The notes: generated by a model from the sequence alone, not told the origin. A stretch of DNA of 64,000 nucleotides from Candidatus Iainarchaeum sp. (GCA_030445695.1 JASUTF010000001.1:882-64881), one strand, 5' to 3'. Shown: positions 37,895 to 50,304, numbered from the stretch's first letter. Program-made: numbers and translations.

Positions 37895-38536
37895 GTGGAC
37901 TGGTGGCGCCTTCTCAAACCCGTTGTGGACCAATACTGGACGGAGGATATGCCAGAGCACGTCCAAAGGGATCCATTCAAAACACTCATCGGCTGCATTT
38001 TGTCTCAGAGGACCAGGGACGAAACCACGGACGCCGCATTCCGCCGTCTTTTCTCCAGATATTCTGGGCCGGAAGATCTGGCCCGTGCCGACCCTGCAGA
38101 CGTGGAAGAACTCATCTATCCCGTGGGCTTCTACCGCAACAAGGCAAAGACCATTGTTAAGGCGGCTCGATACATATTATCCGAGTTCGGCGGCCGCGTA
38201 CCTGACCGTTTTGAGGATCTGATAAAGATTCCCGGCATTGGGCGGAAATGTGCGAACATAGTCCTCGCCTACGCCTTTGGAAAGCCGGCCATCCCCGTGG
38301 ACACCCACGTTTACCGTGTGGCCAAGCGTCTGGGCATCGTTCTCGAGAATGCGAAGCCAGAGGACGTGGAGGAAGCCCTGAAACGCATCGTGCCGAGGAG
38401 CGAGTGGATAAAGGTGAACCACGCCCTTGTCCGGTTCGGCCGTGCCGTCTGCCGCCCGGTGGGGCCGAAGTGCGACGAGTGCCCGTTTAAAGATGTTTGC
38501 CGCTACTACAGAACGCATGTCTCTGCCAAGGGGTAA
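37895..38536 (+). CDS. nth: Endonuclease III
   Basis: ILSQRTRD, HhH motif IPGIGRKCAN, VDTHV and Fe-S motif CRPVGPKCDECPFKDVC. Confidence 0.94.
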   Translation: MDWWRLLKPVVDQYWTEDMPEHVQRDPFKTLIGCILSQRTRDETTDAAFRRLFSRYSGPEDLARADPADVEELIYPVGFYRNKAKTIVKAARYILSEFGGRVPDRFEDLIKIPGIGRKCANIVLAYAFGKPAIPVDTHVYRVAKRLGIVLENAKPEDVEEALKRIVPRSEWIKVNHALVRFGRAVCRPVGPKCDECPFKDVCRYYRTHVSAKG

Positions 38537-39212
38537 AGGGGTTTTACTCGCGGTTCTTACTGTGCTGCTCGTTGCCACTGTTCTTCTTGCCCGGCGCTAT
38601 CCGCTGTGTCCCTATGTTCCGATATCGCTTTCTTTGAAGTGGAAATACGCGGGGACGGCGGACGCCCTCCGTATCTACGACGTTAACGTTCCGCCATCTT
38701 CCGTCATCCAGAGTATTCTTTCGGAATACCCGTCTATTTACTACTACGCCCGTGCAGAAAATGTGGAGGATCTGAACCTCCAGCTCCCGGATCTCCCCAC
38801 TAACGTCTCCTCTGTTTACATGGTGACCGTGAAGGACTTCTGCGGCTTTGAAACGTATGCCGTTGCGGGATCTGACAGTTATTCCCGAATCTACGTCGGT
38901 ATTGTCCCCCTCTCGTCTTCTGTCGTGCCTGTGAAAGGGCTCTTCTGCGAGGGCCTTGCATCGCGTCTTGGAAACGTGCCAACCGTGTCGGAGCTCTCCG
39001 TGCTGGAGGGGAACGTTATCCGCCACTACTGCTACCTGACCGCGGCTCTGGACGAGAACAGCATCCGTACGATTCTTCAGGAGGAAGGGAACTTTGTGGC
39101 TCGCGTTGGCAACGCTGAGGTCTACGCCCTCGACGATAACATCTTCGTGAACCTTGTGCCCGGCGAGCCAGCCGGTCTCATCGCCTACCGGGTGGATGGA
39201 AATGCGCCGTAG
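38517..39212 (+). CDS. Hypothetical membrane-anchored extracellular protein
   Basis: N-terminal hydrophobic helix; coupled to nth and the nuclease gene. Confidence 0.6.
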   Translation: MSLPRGKGVLLAVLTVLLVATVLLARRYPLCPYVPISLSLKWKYAGTADALRIYDVNVPPSSVIQSILSEYPSIYYYARAENVEDLNLQLPDLPTNVSSVYMVTVKDFCGFETYAVAGSDSYSRIYVGIVPLSSSVVPVKGLFCEGLASRLGNVPTVSELSVLEGNVIRHYCYLTAALDENSIRTILQEEGNFVARVGNAEVYALDDNIFVNLVPGEPAGLIAYRVDGNAP

Positions 39213-39699
39213 GTTTCTCATCCCCCTCCTGCTGGCTCTGCTCTCTTTGCTCCTTTACTTCCTTCCCTACGGGGAAAGCGTAGCTAACGCAGACGCCATC
39301 GTTGTTCTGGATCACGTGGTGGACGGGGACACGGTCTGGGTGCGCTCTGTTTACGGGTTCAAGGCGGGCCAGACGTTCAAGGTCCGTCTTGCCGATGTTG
39401 ATACTCCCGAACGCGGCGAACCCGGTTTTGCTGAGGCAACCGAAGAAGTGAATCGCATTCTCTCGTCCTCTCCTTGCATTATCCTCGACGTGGACGATCC
39501 GCCCTACGACCGATATGGCCGCGTCGTTGCCGTCGTTTACGTCCCCGAAGGAAACGTTCTGCTAAACCTGAACGCACACCTCGCAGAGAACGGTTTCGCC
39601 CGCTACGTGGACTATTCCGGATCGTTTCACCCGGAGGACTTTCACCTCTACGTCCCGGTAACGGAAGAAATCAGGGGCCTCATCATACGCTACTGCTGA
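39202..39699 (+). CDS. Thermonuclease (SNase) family, signal-anchored
   Basis: VVDGDT, VRLADVDTPE, DRYGR and LAENGFA. Confidence 0.88.
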   Translation: MRRRFLIPLLLALLSLLLYFLPYGESVANADAIVVLDHVVDGDTVWVRSVYGFKAGQTFKVRLADVDTPERGEPGFAEATEEVNRILSSSPCIILDVDDPPYDRYGRVVAVVYVPEGNVLLNLNAHLAENGFARYVDYSGSFHPEDFHLYVPVTEEIRGLIIRYC

Positions 39700-39896
39700 T
39701 CTTTGTTCAGGACCTTTGCCGCTATGTAACCGTTTACCGCGTCCACGGCAATCTTTGCAAACGCCGTTGACGTGCCGAGCAGCACGAACCCCTCAAAAAT
39801 GCGGAAGGACAGAACTGCAAGTACGCCGATTACCAGTGTTGCCAGCGACGCGATGAAGAGAACGAGCCCTATGATCAGAGGCGTCCTATTAGCCAT
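39690..39896 (-). CDS. Small two-TM membrane protein
   Basis: MANRTPLIIGLVLF..., last gene of the MoxR operon. Confidence 0.55.
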   Translation of the reverse strand: MANRTPLIIGLVLFIASLATLVIGVLAVLSFRIFEGFVLLGTSTAFAKIAVDAVNGYIAAKVLNKDQQ

Positions 39897-40549
39897 GCGA
39901 ACACCGCCCATATGATTACGGGGGCCGTGTATATAATGGTTTCCCGGAGTATCTGCCATAATCCTTTTTTGCGGGGAATATGTTTGGCAAGGAATGCCCT
40001 TGCCTCCGCTTCTGACCTTATCGTGTCCGAGAACGGGAATGCAACCATTTCCAGACCGTAAATTACTGCAAGGAAGAGCACCGCTATGAACGCACCGTAC
40101 GCTATTTTCTCCTGTGGTTCTATCAGTATCAGTGCCCCCAGCCAGGCAGTCGCCGGCTTCGCAAAGTCCCAAATTCTATCTGCTACCCAGAGGATTGCTG
40201 CAATTATGGTTCCCGTTTCCAGGATGAATGAGAGCGCGCCCGCCGGTGTGAGAACTAATCGCTCAGTTTTTTCTGTGAGATACGTTGTTGCCAGCGAGTA
40301 CGTTGTTGCGAGCAGTGCCATGCCAACGCTTCCCGTGAAAATCCCCGCTATCCCGATATACAGCGTTACGACGGGCCAGGCACCGCCAAGACGAAGGAAT
40401 ATTGCCAACAGGAATATGAGGACGGCTGTGAGCGATTTGAGTTCTCCCGGCAAGGGCAGAGGGATCTTTGCCCAGAGCACGGCTGCCAGGGCTGCTTCGC
40501 CAAAGATCAGAGCTGTTTTCTTCCAGTCCTTCAAATCTCTCCCTCCCAT
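39875..40549 (-). CDS. Hypothetical multi-TM protein in the MoxR operon
   Basis: Hydrophobic ORF overlapping both neighbours. Confidence 0.65.
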   Translation of the reverse strand: MGGRDLKDWKKTALIFGEAALAAVLWAKIPLPLPGELKSLTAVLIFLLAIFLRLGGAWPVVTLYIGIAGIFTGSVGMALLATTYSLATTYLTEKTERLVLTPAGALSFILETGTIIAAILWVADRIWDFAKPATAWLGALILIEPQEKIAYGAFIAVLFLAVIYGLEMVAFPFSDTIRSEAEARAFLAKHIPRKKGLWQILRETIIYTAPVIIWAVFAWLIGRL

Positions 40550-42015
40550 ATGTGTTCGGGCCTCGCCACCGCTACCGTGGAGCCCTTCTTCGCGATCTCA
40601 ACAGCATAGTCGTGCAAATACCTGTTCCATGCGTCCCCAAGGTTTATCCTGCTCACGCTGGCACCAAAGACGGACCAGAAGATATCCGCCACGGGGAAGC
40701 TCTCCTCTACAGCCCCAAACGCAAGATCATCCAGTATTATGGTGTGGCCCCGCATGCGCGGAAACTCTGCGGGCACTCCTACCGTATCCGTTATCACGAT
40801 GGGCTTGTGACTCTGCCACTCACCTCCCACCCTTTCTATCACCTCTTTGAGCACCCTGTTTTTCTGTCTGGACATCTCGAGCAGCTCCCGCGGGGATACA
40901 ATTCCGTTGAGGTATGCGAAGAGCGCAATCGTCTCTTCCTCCGGTAGAGACGTGAGCCACGGGAGCCGGGAAGAGAGTATCTTCCCCAGTCCTTCCACCG
41001 GGACGTTCAGCCCCACATACTTCAGGAAATCCCTCACCTTGTGCCGGGCTTCCCCCGCGGGTATCGCGTCCGTGCCAACGTCCGGAAAAACACCTGCCAG
41101 GAATTCTAAGGCCCTCCTGTATTGGAATATGCCCGTTTTTGGCTCGAGTATCCAGTAACGTCTGTGTGAATATGCAACGAGGCCCAGTGAGCCCCCGTTT
41201 TTTATCAGCGTCTCGGCGATGCTCGCTGCAAGGGTTGTTGCGTATTCGATCTTTGCCGTTGGTGTCCCAAGGGCCATGCTTGGCGATGCATCGAGATATA
41301 TGATGTAGTCCGGCGTTGCCTCGAAGTGCATCTCTTTGGTATACAGTTTTCCGGTCCTGGCCAGCGCCTTCCACTCTATGCTTTTGAAGGGGTCGCCGGG
41401 CCTGTACTCCCTGAGCTCCAGAAACTCGGTGCCCGGCCCTCTACGTTCCCTGACCGTGTGTGCACCGTAGCGCAGTGCGTAGGGCCGCATTTTCAGCCGT
41501 CTTAACACCGTCACCCGCGGGAACACGCTCACTATGTGCGGCGTCTTTACAGGGTATATCACCGCGTGGAAGGGGCCACCCACGGACGCTCCCAGCCCCG
41601 GCAGCACGTAGGGCCCCCTTTCCGGGAATGTGACCGTGTATTTGAGTTCCACCTCCTCGAGGGGGCCGAGCAGGACGGTCCACTCCGTGCTGCCCGAGTA
41701 TGTTGCCCGCGGGTTCCTTATGTCCCAGACCTTTATTGCCTGCGGGAGCACACCGTTCTTCACGCGCACCGTCACTTCCAGTGGCTTCCCGGGTATTGCG
41801 ACGTCGGAAACCAGCGATCGCTCGATCTTCGGGGCGAATGGGTATATGGACTTTACGGTGACGGTGACTGTGGCAAGAAAAAGGGCTACAATGAGCGCGA
41901 CGGGATATTCGGGCGGTACACCGATCATAAATGCAAGGATCGTCAGTATGATGGGGAGTGCAATTGTGAGGTACGTGTTGGAGGCAGGACGGTGGAATCG
42001 CTTTATCAGGAACAC
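40531..42015 (-). CDS. DUF58 (vWA-like) protein
   Basis: GTEFLELREYRPGD..IEWKA.AR and DASPSM. Confidence 0.9.
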   Translation of the reverse strand: MFLIKRFHRPASNTYLTIALPIILTILAFMIGVPPEYPVALIVALFLATVTVTVKSIYPFAPKIERSLVSDVAIPGKPLEVTVRVKNGVLPQAIKVWDIRNPRATYSGSTEWTVLLGPLEEVELKYTVTFPERGPYVLPGLGASVGGPFHAVIYPVKTPHIVSVFPRVTVLRRLKMRPYALRYGAHTVRERRGPGTEFLELREYRPGDPFKSIEWKALARTGKLYTKEMHFEATPDYIIYLDASPSMALGTPTAKIEYATTLAASIAETLIKNGGSLGLVAYSHRRYWILEPKTGIFQYRRALEFLAGVFPDVGTDAIPAGEARHKVRDFLKYVGLNVPVEGLGKILSSRLPWLTSLPEEETIALFAYLNGIVSPRELLEMSRQKNRVLKEVIERVGGEWQSHKPIVITDTVGVPAEFPRMRGHTIILDDLAFGAVEESFPVADIFWSVFGASVSRINLGDAWNRYLHDYAVEIAKKGSTVAVARPEHIWEGEI

Positions 42016-42016
42016 G

Positions 42017-42958
42017 CTATCGCCCCGGCTCCGGTATCTTGACGGATTTGAGGATCTCTTCCAGCACGTCCTGTACTTTCACGCCTGCCAGCTCGACCTC
42101 TGGTTTGAGTATTACCCGGTGGTTCGTCGCGTCCATGAATATGTACTTGACGTCGTCCGGCAACACGTGGGTGCGGCCCTCCAGGTATGCCCGTGCCTTT
42201 GCTCCGCGCAGGAGGGTGATGGATGCCCTCGGGGACGCGCCGTACATGATTTTCGGGTGTGTTCGCGTGGCAACGACGAGGTCCCTTATGTACTCCTTAA
42301 TGGCAGGGGAGGCGTAGACCCTGTTCACCGCTTCCCGCATCTGGAGCAGATCCCCCTTTGTTATCACCGGTTCTGGGAGCGCGTCGATATTACCCGTTTC
42401 TGCCAGCTGGAGGATCTGAATCTCTTCTTCGGGGGTTGGCAGGTCCATCAGAATGCGGAATGAGAACCGGTCGAGCTGTGCCTCCGGCAGGGGATACGTT
42501 CCTTCCTGCTCGATCGGGTTCTGCGTTGCTATAACGAAGAACGGCTCCTCGAGCGGAAATGTCTGGCCCTCGATGGTTACCTGGCGCTCCTGCATGGCTT
42601 CCAAGAGGGCTGCCTGTGTTTTAGGGGGTGCACGGTTTATTTCGTCCGCCAGGAGAACGTTCGTGAATACTGGTCCCCTGACGAGCTCGAATTTCCCAGT
42701 GTCCTGCCTGTAGATGAATGTGCCAGTTATATCGGCTGGTAGAAGGTCAGGAACGAACTGTACTCTCCTGAACTTCAAACCAAGAGCCGCTGCGAAGACG
42801 CGGGCAATCCTCGTCTTTGCAATTCCGGGTACACCCTCAAGGAGGACGTGTCCCTTTATGAGAATTGCAATGAGCATCTTTTCCAGCACGTCCGTTTTGC
42901 CAGTTATGTACTTGGCGTAGGTTTCCCTCAGCCGCTCGATCGCATTTCCATCAACCAT
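42017..42958 (-). CDS. moxR: MoxR-family AAA+ ATPase
   Basis: GHVLLEGVPGIAKT, DEINRAPPKTQ and ATQNPIEQEGTYPLPEAQLDRF. Confidence 0.94.
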   Translation of the reverse strand: MVDGNAIERLRETYAKYITGKTDVLEKMLIAILIKGHVLLEGVPGIAKTRIARVFAAALGLKFRRVQFVPDLLPADITGTFIYRQDTGKFELVRGPVFTNVLLADEINRAPPKTQAALLEAMQERQVTIEGQTFPLEEPFFVIATQNPIEQEGTYPLPEAQLDRFSFRILMDLPTPEEEIQILQLAETGNIDALPEPVITKGDLLQMREAVNRVYASPAIKEYIRDLVVATRTHPKIMYGASPRASITLLRGAKARAYLEGRTHVLPDDVKYIFMDATNHRVILKPEVELAGVKVQDVLEEILKSVKIPEPGR

Positions 42959-44934
42959 ATCTTCACCCTCACGGCAAATGCCCTTATCTTGCTTATATGC
43001 TTCCAACTATTTAACCGTTCCATTAGCCGGTACTTTTCCTGTGCGGGTATCCGGGACCTGTCTACCACCTGTTTTAACAGCGATCTTCTGAGCTCTGATA
43101 GGTCTATAAATTTCCTGATGCCCTCGGAGCGCCTGTGTTCGCGCGGCAGAAGGCCCCTGGGTAGTTCGGAACGCCTGAATTCCTGCACGGAAGTAGCAGA
43201 TAGGAGCGCAGACAGGAGCGCAAGCACCATGGCGAAGATCGCTATCACCGTGGCTGCAATGGGTATGACCGTTGTGAGGATGCGGTTCATCACGGCGTTG
43301 AGGTATGCGTCTGCCAGCAGGGGGGCAATTCCGAGCGCGTACTTCATGACGGATTCTGCCAGCGCGTTGGCTGTAAAGTATCTGAGCATGTCCTCGCTGA
43401 ACGCGTCTTTGTCCGGCAGGATGATCGTCCCGTCTTCCGAGGCGAAGTAGGCGATGCATTCCTGTCTTCTGCCCCCAACGCTGGCGAGGAACGTGGAGTA
43501 TGTTCCCCTCAGGGTTCTTGCGGGTACGAGGCAGGTGGGTATGTTGTAGTAAAGAGAGATCGGTGGTAGCCCGTTGAAGCGAATCTCCACGGGGAAGATG
43601 GGATGGCCGTCAGGAGAAAATGCGGGCAGTTTCGTGTTTCTTAAGCCGTACTCCCTCAGAACATACTCGTTGAGCGGTTCCTCGCTCTCCGGTTCCAGTG
43701 CTACTATGCGCGGGGGCCCCTGCTTCGCGAGTTCTGCGTAGGTGGTCACAAGGGGAACGGCCTGTGCCTGCACAGTTCCCACGATGATCAAAACAGCTAT
43801 GAATGGCAGTATTCGCCGTAGCCCCTCCCGCAAACGCCCGAGGGCTGCTCTTATCCATGCAAGGATGCCCACCGGCTTTTCACGGGCATACACGTAGGCC
43901 TCAAAACCGTAGAACGCCCTTTCGACCTCCTCATCGACAACATGCCCGATACTTTCCAAATATTCCCGTATCGTCTCCCACGGCTGCATCCGGCGCCCCG
44001 TTCTGCGCTCCACCAGATGCACGAGGTCCCAGAATGCTCTCGCCACAGGATCGAGCACGCTTTCCTTGCGCCTCTTCCCGAACACCTTCGTGGAGTATAT
44101 GGCCGCCCCCGCGCCCATCACTGCGAGAACGGCAACGATCAAAACAGCGACGATCCCCATTGCTTCTGTCCCTGCGGACCCCACGTCCGGTAGGGACTGG
44201 GCACCCACGTTCACGCGGGGCAGCTCAGGGACTTTCCCAGTGAACCTCTGCGGTGGCGAGAACTTTGCAATCTTGATATCTTTGGCAAGCTCTACGGCCT
44301 TTCGCATTGCCTCCTGGGCTTCTGGCGTTGATGCGATCTCTGCTGCCCTCTTTATGACCTCTCTTGTTCGCTCGTCCTGCAGAACCTTTGCGACTGCCTC
44401 TATCTGTTCCGGGCTCGGCTCCTTCTCCGTATCTATCCTCGAAAGGAGGTCTTCCCACCGTATCACCGGTTCCACAGGACCGCTGTCTGATATTGTGAAG
44501 TTTTCCCCGATGACAACGTCTCTCATTTCCCTGATCGTGTCTATGAGCCGCGGATACTTCTGTATGATGTGGTAGAAGTTCTGCAACTCCTTTCCAACGG
44601 GTAGCTTGCTTCCCGGCGGCTTGTATATTTCTCCGCCTTTGTACAGGACGTCTTCCTTCAGGCCCATCTTAGCCAGTTCCTGCAGGACTTCAACCGGCAC
44701 GTTTTCATCCGTGTGTACGTGTCTCAACACTTCCAGAACGTTTTTATCCACCAGTACGTTGTTCCCCACGTTGACATAGTCCCCGCTCTCCTGCAGCGTT
44801 TTGAGAACGTCTTCTCTGGACGCCTCTGTGCTACCCCCGCTGTAAACGTATTTCGCCAGGTATTCCGCAGGATCTACTCTTGCTGCCAGCGCCAGGGGAA
44901 GGACCAGGACCATAATGAGTGCGAGCCGCCTCAC
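42928..44934 (-). CDS. DUF4129-like membrane protein with an additional C-terminal extracellular module
   Basis: Signal peptide, TM, PWETIREY..FEAYVY (DUF4129-like), then a second hydrophobic segment; MoxR context. Confidence 0.65.
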   Translation of the reverse strand: MRRLALIMVLVLPLALAARVDPAEYLAKYVYSGGSTEASREDVLKTLQESGDYVNVGNNVLVDKNVLEVLRHVHTDENVPVEVLQELAKMGLKEDVLYKGGEIYKPPGSKLPVGKELQNFYHIIQKYPRLIDTIREMRDVVIGENFTISDSGPVEPVIRWEDLLSRIDTEKEPSPEQIEAVAKVLQDERTREVIKRAAEIASTPEAQEAMRKAVELAKDIKIAKFSPPQRFTGKVPELPRVNVGAQSLPDVGSAGTEAMGIVAVLIVAVLAVMGAGAAIYSTKVFGKRRKESVLDPVARAFWDLVHLVERRTGRRMQPWETIREYLESIGHVVDEEVERAFYGFEAYVYAREKPVGILAWIRAALGRLREGLRRILPFIAVLIIVGTVQAQAVPLVTTYAELAKQGPPRIVALEPESEEPLNEYVLREYGLRNTKLPAFSPDGHPIFPVEIRFNGLPPISLYYNIPTCLVPARTLRGTYSTFLASVGGRRQECIAYFASEDGTIILPDKDAFSEDMLRYFTANALAESVMKYALGIAPLLADAYLNAVMNRILTTVIPIAATVIAIFAMVLALLSALLSATSVQEFRRSELPRGLLPREHRRSEGIRKFIDLSELRRSLLKQVVDRSRIPAQEKYRLMERLNSWKHISKIRAFAVRVKIWLMEMRSSG

Positions 44935-45019
44935 GTTCCAGAAACGTACCCCGGAAATAAATGCCTTCCCCTTCCACCCTTTTAAACCCTTTTTTCTCTT
45001 CATCATACTGCTGTTTCGT

Positions 45020-45138
45020 GCCGGGGTAGCTCAGCCTGGTTGGAGCGCCGGACTCATAATCCGCCGTGTGGCGTTCCGGTGCCTGCGCAGGCCGGATGAG
45101 AAATCCGGAGGTCGCGGGTTCAAATCCCGCCCCCGGCA
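45020..45138 (+). tRNA. tRNA-Met(CAU), elongator type, with a 44-nt intron at 37/38 (45059-45102)
   Basis: Acceptor GCCGGGG/CCCCGGC; CCGGA-CTCATA|intron|A-TCCGG; BHB central helix CTCA/TGAG. Confidence 0.92.
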
Positions 45139-45277
45139 CTCGCTTCTTCAACAACCCCATTATGCTTTACGGGCTCAGATGCAAGATTAACAAAGAACAT
45201 ATATTTTTCCTCCCAGAGTAAAAGCGTAAACCTTGGGCCACATTTCTTCCAGACAGTAGACGGTTGGCGAACAAGTT

Positions 45278-45487
45278 CTAGGTCTTGTTTAATTCTAGCT
45301 CTTGCAGGACCTTTTCTAGAGGTGTAAAATCTTCGTTCTTTAAGAGAAAGACTTGTCTGTAAAGTTCTGCATCCCAAAGGCCCATCATCAGGCGGTATAT
45401 TGCTGGCTTCTTCATTCTCCAGAATGTGCTCCTAACAAAGGTGAAGGGAAGTATATGTCCGACAAAGTCGTCTGGGAAGGGCGTCAT
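45278..45487 (-). CDS. Small hypothetical protein or gene remnant downstream of hicA
   Basis: 69-aa ORF overlapping the hicA stop with a GGAGG SD. Confidence 0.35.
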   Translation of the reverse strand: MTPFPDDFVGHILPFTFVRSTFWRMKKPAIYRLMMGLWDAELYRQVFLLKNEDFTPLEKVLQELELNKT

Positions 45488-45714
45488 ACCTCCTCTAACA
45501 GTTTAAGGAACTCCTCTCGAGTTATTCCAACTTCTTTAATTATGAGCCTCACGAGGCCCCGTTTGAGAGGCTTGCCTCTATGGATCGGTACCACAACCAG
45601 CTTTTTGTCTTTCTTCAGGATTACGTGAGAACCTTTCTGACGAATTTGAACATAACCAAGCTTCTGTAGGACCTTTGTCATTTTCTCTGAGGATATTGGA
45701 GGGATCTTAGGCAT
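45484..45714 (-). CDS. hicA: HicA toxin
   Basis: RQKGSHVIL..VVVPIH..LKRG. Confidence 0.92.
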   Translation of the reverse strand: MPKIPPISSEKMTKVLQKLGYVQIRQKGSHVILKKDKKLVVVPIHRGKPLKRGLVRLIIKEVGITREEFLKLLEEV

Positions 45715-45958
45715 TTACCTCCACCTTTGTGATGAGGATCGCTTCGGGTTTTTCACTAAGTATTTCTTCCCGCTCCTCTTCAGAGAGAACTTCCAGATAA
45801 AGCTCGATGGCTTCTCTTACGTTTTTTACTGTTTCTTCTATTGTTTCCCCCTGGGAAAAGCAGCCTGGAAGCTGGGGCACGTAGGCGTAATACCCTTCAT
45901 CGGGGTCTTTTACGATTACTACGTCGAAGTCCAGCACTTGGGTCTTGACCTTTTCCAT
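45707..45958 (-). CDS. hicB: HicB antitoxin (short form)
   Basis: VPQLPGCFSQGETIEE...REAIELYLE. Confidence 0.92.
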   Translation of the reverse strand: MEKVKTQVLDFDVVIVKDPDEGYYAYVPQLPGCFSQGETIEETVKNVREAIELYLEVLSEEEREEILSEKPEAILITKVEVNA

Positions 45959-46096
45959 ATTATCATCTTGTTTCATTCCTGTATTAAATGCTATCATCGT
46001 GTGCTTACTATGTCAAAACGGTGATTCCCTACGCCCAAAGCCCAAACTACACGAAGCTTGCGGGTTAAAATCCCGCCCCCGGCACTTCTGCTTTAA

Positions 46097-47572
<1,476 letters not shown>

Positions 47573-47580
<8 letters not shown>

Positions 47581-49006
47581 CGCCGTTCCCCTCGAGGGCA
47601 TAATACTTGTTTATCGCCCTGAAAGCGCTTGTATAGTCCAGTTTTTTATCAAGAAGTGCCTCCAAATACTGCTTTCTCCGCTCTATCTCTTTCATTATTT
47701 CTTTCCTCGTGGTATTTGCCTCCTCTGCCAGCGTGTCCATGTTTTGGCCCACACTACCGGTCATCCTTAGCTCCCCGTTCACCGTTTCGAATATATTGCC
47801 GTAAGCCACCGTATTTTCTCCCCGCACAGACTCCACGATTTCCTTTACTCTTCTACTCCCGTCGGGGTATCTTTTTACCATAACGTAGAGGTTCACAAGC
47901 GGAAGCATACTCTCAGGAACGTTCATGGGCTCGTGCGTTAGACGTTCTTTGGCATCTACGGCGTTGTTTGCGTGTAGCGTTCCCAAGACGCCCCTGTGCC
48001 CTACGTCCATCGCTTGGAAGAGCGTTACTGCTTCAGGGCCGCGCACCTCACCCACGATAATCCTGTCAGGTCTCATCCTAAGCGTGTTGATGAGGAGGTC
48101 GTTCATGGTGACTCCATCATACGTTATCATGTGCACTCTGTTTCTGTGCGGGACGAAAACCTCCCGCGTGTCTTCCACGGTTATGATACGCTGGTCTTCA
48201 GGTATGAACGCCAAGAGCGCGTTGAGCAGGGTCGTTTTTCCAGATGCTGTCCCCCCTATGACCAAAACGTTGAGTGGATACATTCTGAGGCCCTCTATTG
48301 CCACCCATAGATACGCTGCTGCCTCCGCTGTTATTGTTCCGTTTCTGATGAGGTCAAAGATGGATAGTTTATGCCTGCTGAACTTTCTAACCGTTATTGT
48401 TGGCGATTCGGGCGTTACTGTGGGGAGCGTTGCGTTCACGCGCGAACCGTCGGGCAGAGTGGCGTCCAGGAACGGGTGCTCTTCGTCAAGGGTTTTCCCG
48501 TGTATGTGGGCAATCTGGTCGATTATTTCAAGTATGTCTGCCGCGCTGGGAAATACAAGGTCTGTCTGGACGTAGCCCTTCTTTTTGTGGTATATGAACA
48601 CGCCTTTGGGCCCGTTTACCTCCACCTCCTCGATATTATCGTCGAGCAGCAGGAACCCTATCTCTCCGTAGCCCATCAAACTCATTGCGAGCCGTATCGC
48701 TATGTTTTTGGCGTTTTCGAACCCCCGTACTTTCAACTCTTTCGTTATTATTTTTACAAACCTTTTGAACTCAGCTGGGCTTACAATCTGGTCTGAGAGT
48801 ATCTCCTGGATTTCGGGATTGGAAAACACGGATTCTGCAATCTCCTTGAACTTTGAGCGTAGCGCTTCTTTTCCTTTCCATATCTCTTTCTTGGGCGGCC
48901 GCGGCAGACGTATGGTAAATTCTCGCTTGTTTACGACATACTCGTAGAGGTACTCCTTGAGCAGGTATTCCTCCTCGTCCAAATACGGGATTCTGACCTT
49001 GTACAT
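47573..49006 (-). CDS. Type II/IV secretion ATPase (CpaF/TadA/ArlI-like)
   Basis: DGSRVNA, GGTASGKTT, EDTRE, LRMRPDRIIVGEVRG and TLHAN. Confidence 0.92.
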
Positions 49007-49007
49007 C

Positions 49008-50304
49008 TTACACCCCCCACACTTTCATCAGCACCGTTGCGATTCCCAGGAACGTGGCGAAGCCCACCACGTCCGTGAAGGTTGTGAGTATGATTGTGGA
49101 CGACGACGCCGGGTCCTGCCCCAGCTCTTCAGTATTATGGGTATCGCCACGCCTATAAGCCCCGCGACGATTAGAGCAATGGGCATGGCGATTGCGAGGG
49201 CGATTGCGGCAAGAACGTTCCCCTTCCAGATAATGGCGAACGCAAGCGCTATTAACCCGATAATAAGCCCGTTCACAAGTCCAAGGACGAACTCCTTCCA
49301 GAACACCCGCCTCAGTGACGTTTTGTCCAGCTCCCCCGTCGCTAAACCGCGAACAACAATGGCCATGGTCTGGGTCGTGGCGTTCCCTGCCTCGCCCGGG
49401 ACTATGGGCATGAACACGGCCAGTAACGCAAGGTTCTGAATGGTCGACTCGAAGATGTTCACCACGCTCGCAGCTATAAAAGCGGTGAATAAGTTTATCA
49501 CCAGCCACGGCGTCCTGTTCCGTATTGCTCGCCTTACGGACGTCCATACGTGTTCTACGCCCCGCATGGAGAATATCTTCGCCAGGTCCTCCTCGTGCTC
49601 CTTGCGTATCAGCGGTATTGCGTCCTCCGGCGTCACAATGCCCATCACTTTCCCGTCGTCAAGGACTACGACGATTTCCGGCGCGTACGTTTCGAACATG
49701 CGTGCCAGTTCCTCAGAATCTGCGTCCACATCTATGGTTTCCGCACCGACCGCCAAATCCTCTGCTCTTGCTCTCCTCGGTACGTGCAACAGCATTTCAA
49801 CGGGAATCACCCCGAAGAAGACGCCATCCTCCGTTTCAACAATCACGTGCTTTGCGTAGCCGTCCCACTCCCTCAGTTTTCTCTTGATTCCCGTGACGCT
49901 TTCCCCTGGTTTTACTCGTAGGACATCTGAGCGGATCCATCCCCTGCCACGTCCTTTGAGAACCGAAGGAGGAAGCCGTAGACTGTTTTCTCCCTCTTCG
50001 GCAGAGCAGCCATGATTTCTGTTCTTAGTTCCCTGGACAGCCGGCGGAGGACCTTTACTGCATCATGGTCCTTCATGTGCGCCAAGAAATCGGCGAACCT
50101 CTTCGGCCCGAGCGCCCCTGCAAGTTTCTCCACCGCTTCGTCTGAAAGATTGCGGATTACCCGCCTTGCTTTCTTGTGCTCCAGCCGAGAGAAAATTTCC
50201 GCAGCCCTTTTCTCATCAGACCGCTCAATCTCTTGGGCAATCTCCCGCACCCCGAGACGGACGACCGTGGCTACTGGTAGCTGCACGTTCCCAAATAGTT
50301 TCAC
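49008..50304 (-). pseudogene. mgtE: MgtE magnesium transporter with two 1-nt frameshifts
   Basis: N-domain, CBS domains and TM motifs RTPWL, GNATTQ, DPA..TTFTDV in three frames; shifts near 49942 and 49127. Confidence 0.8.

Larger units (their letters stand above)
45114..46086. mobile_element. tRNA-Met-integrated mini-islet flanked by 27-bp att-like direct repeats
   Basis: gcgggttcaaatcccgcccccggcact (45114-45140) vs gcgggttaaaatcccgcccccggcact (46060-46086); AT-richer interior carrying hicAB. Confidence 0.8.

Noticed and set aside
40531-42958. MoxR-DUF58 locus as a novel system
   Set aside because: This is a widespread, already described gene arrangement.
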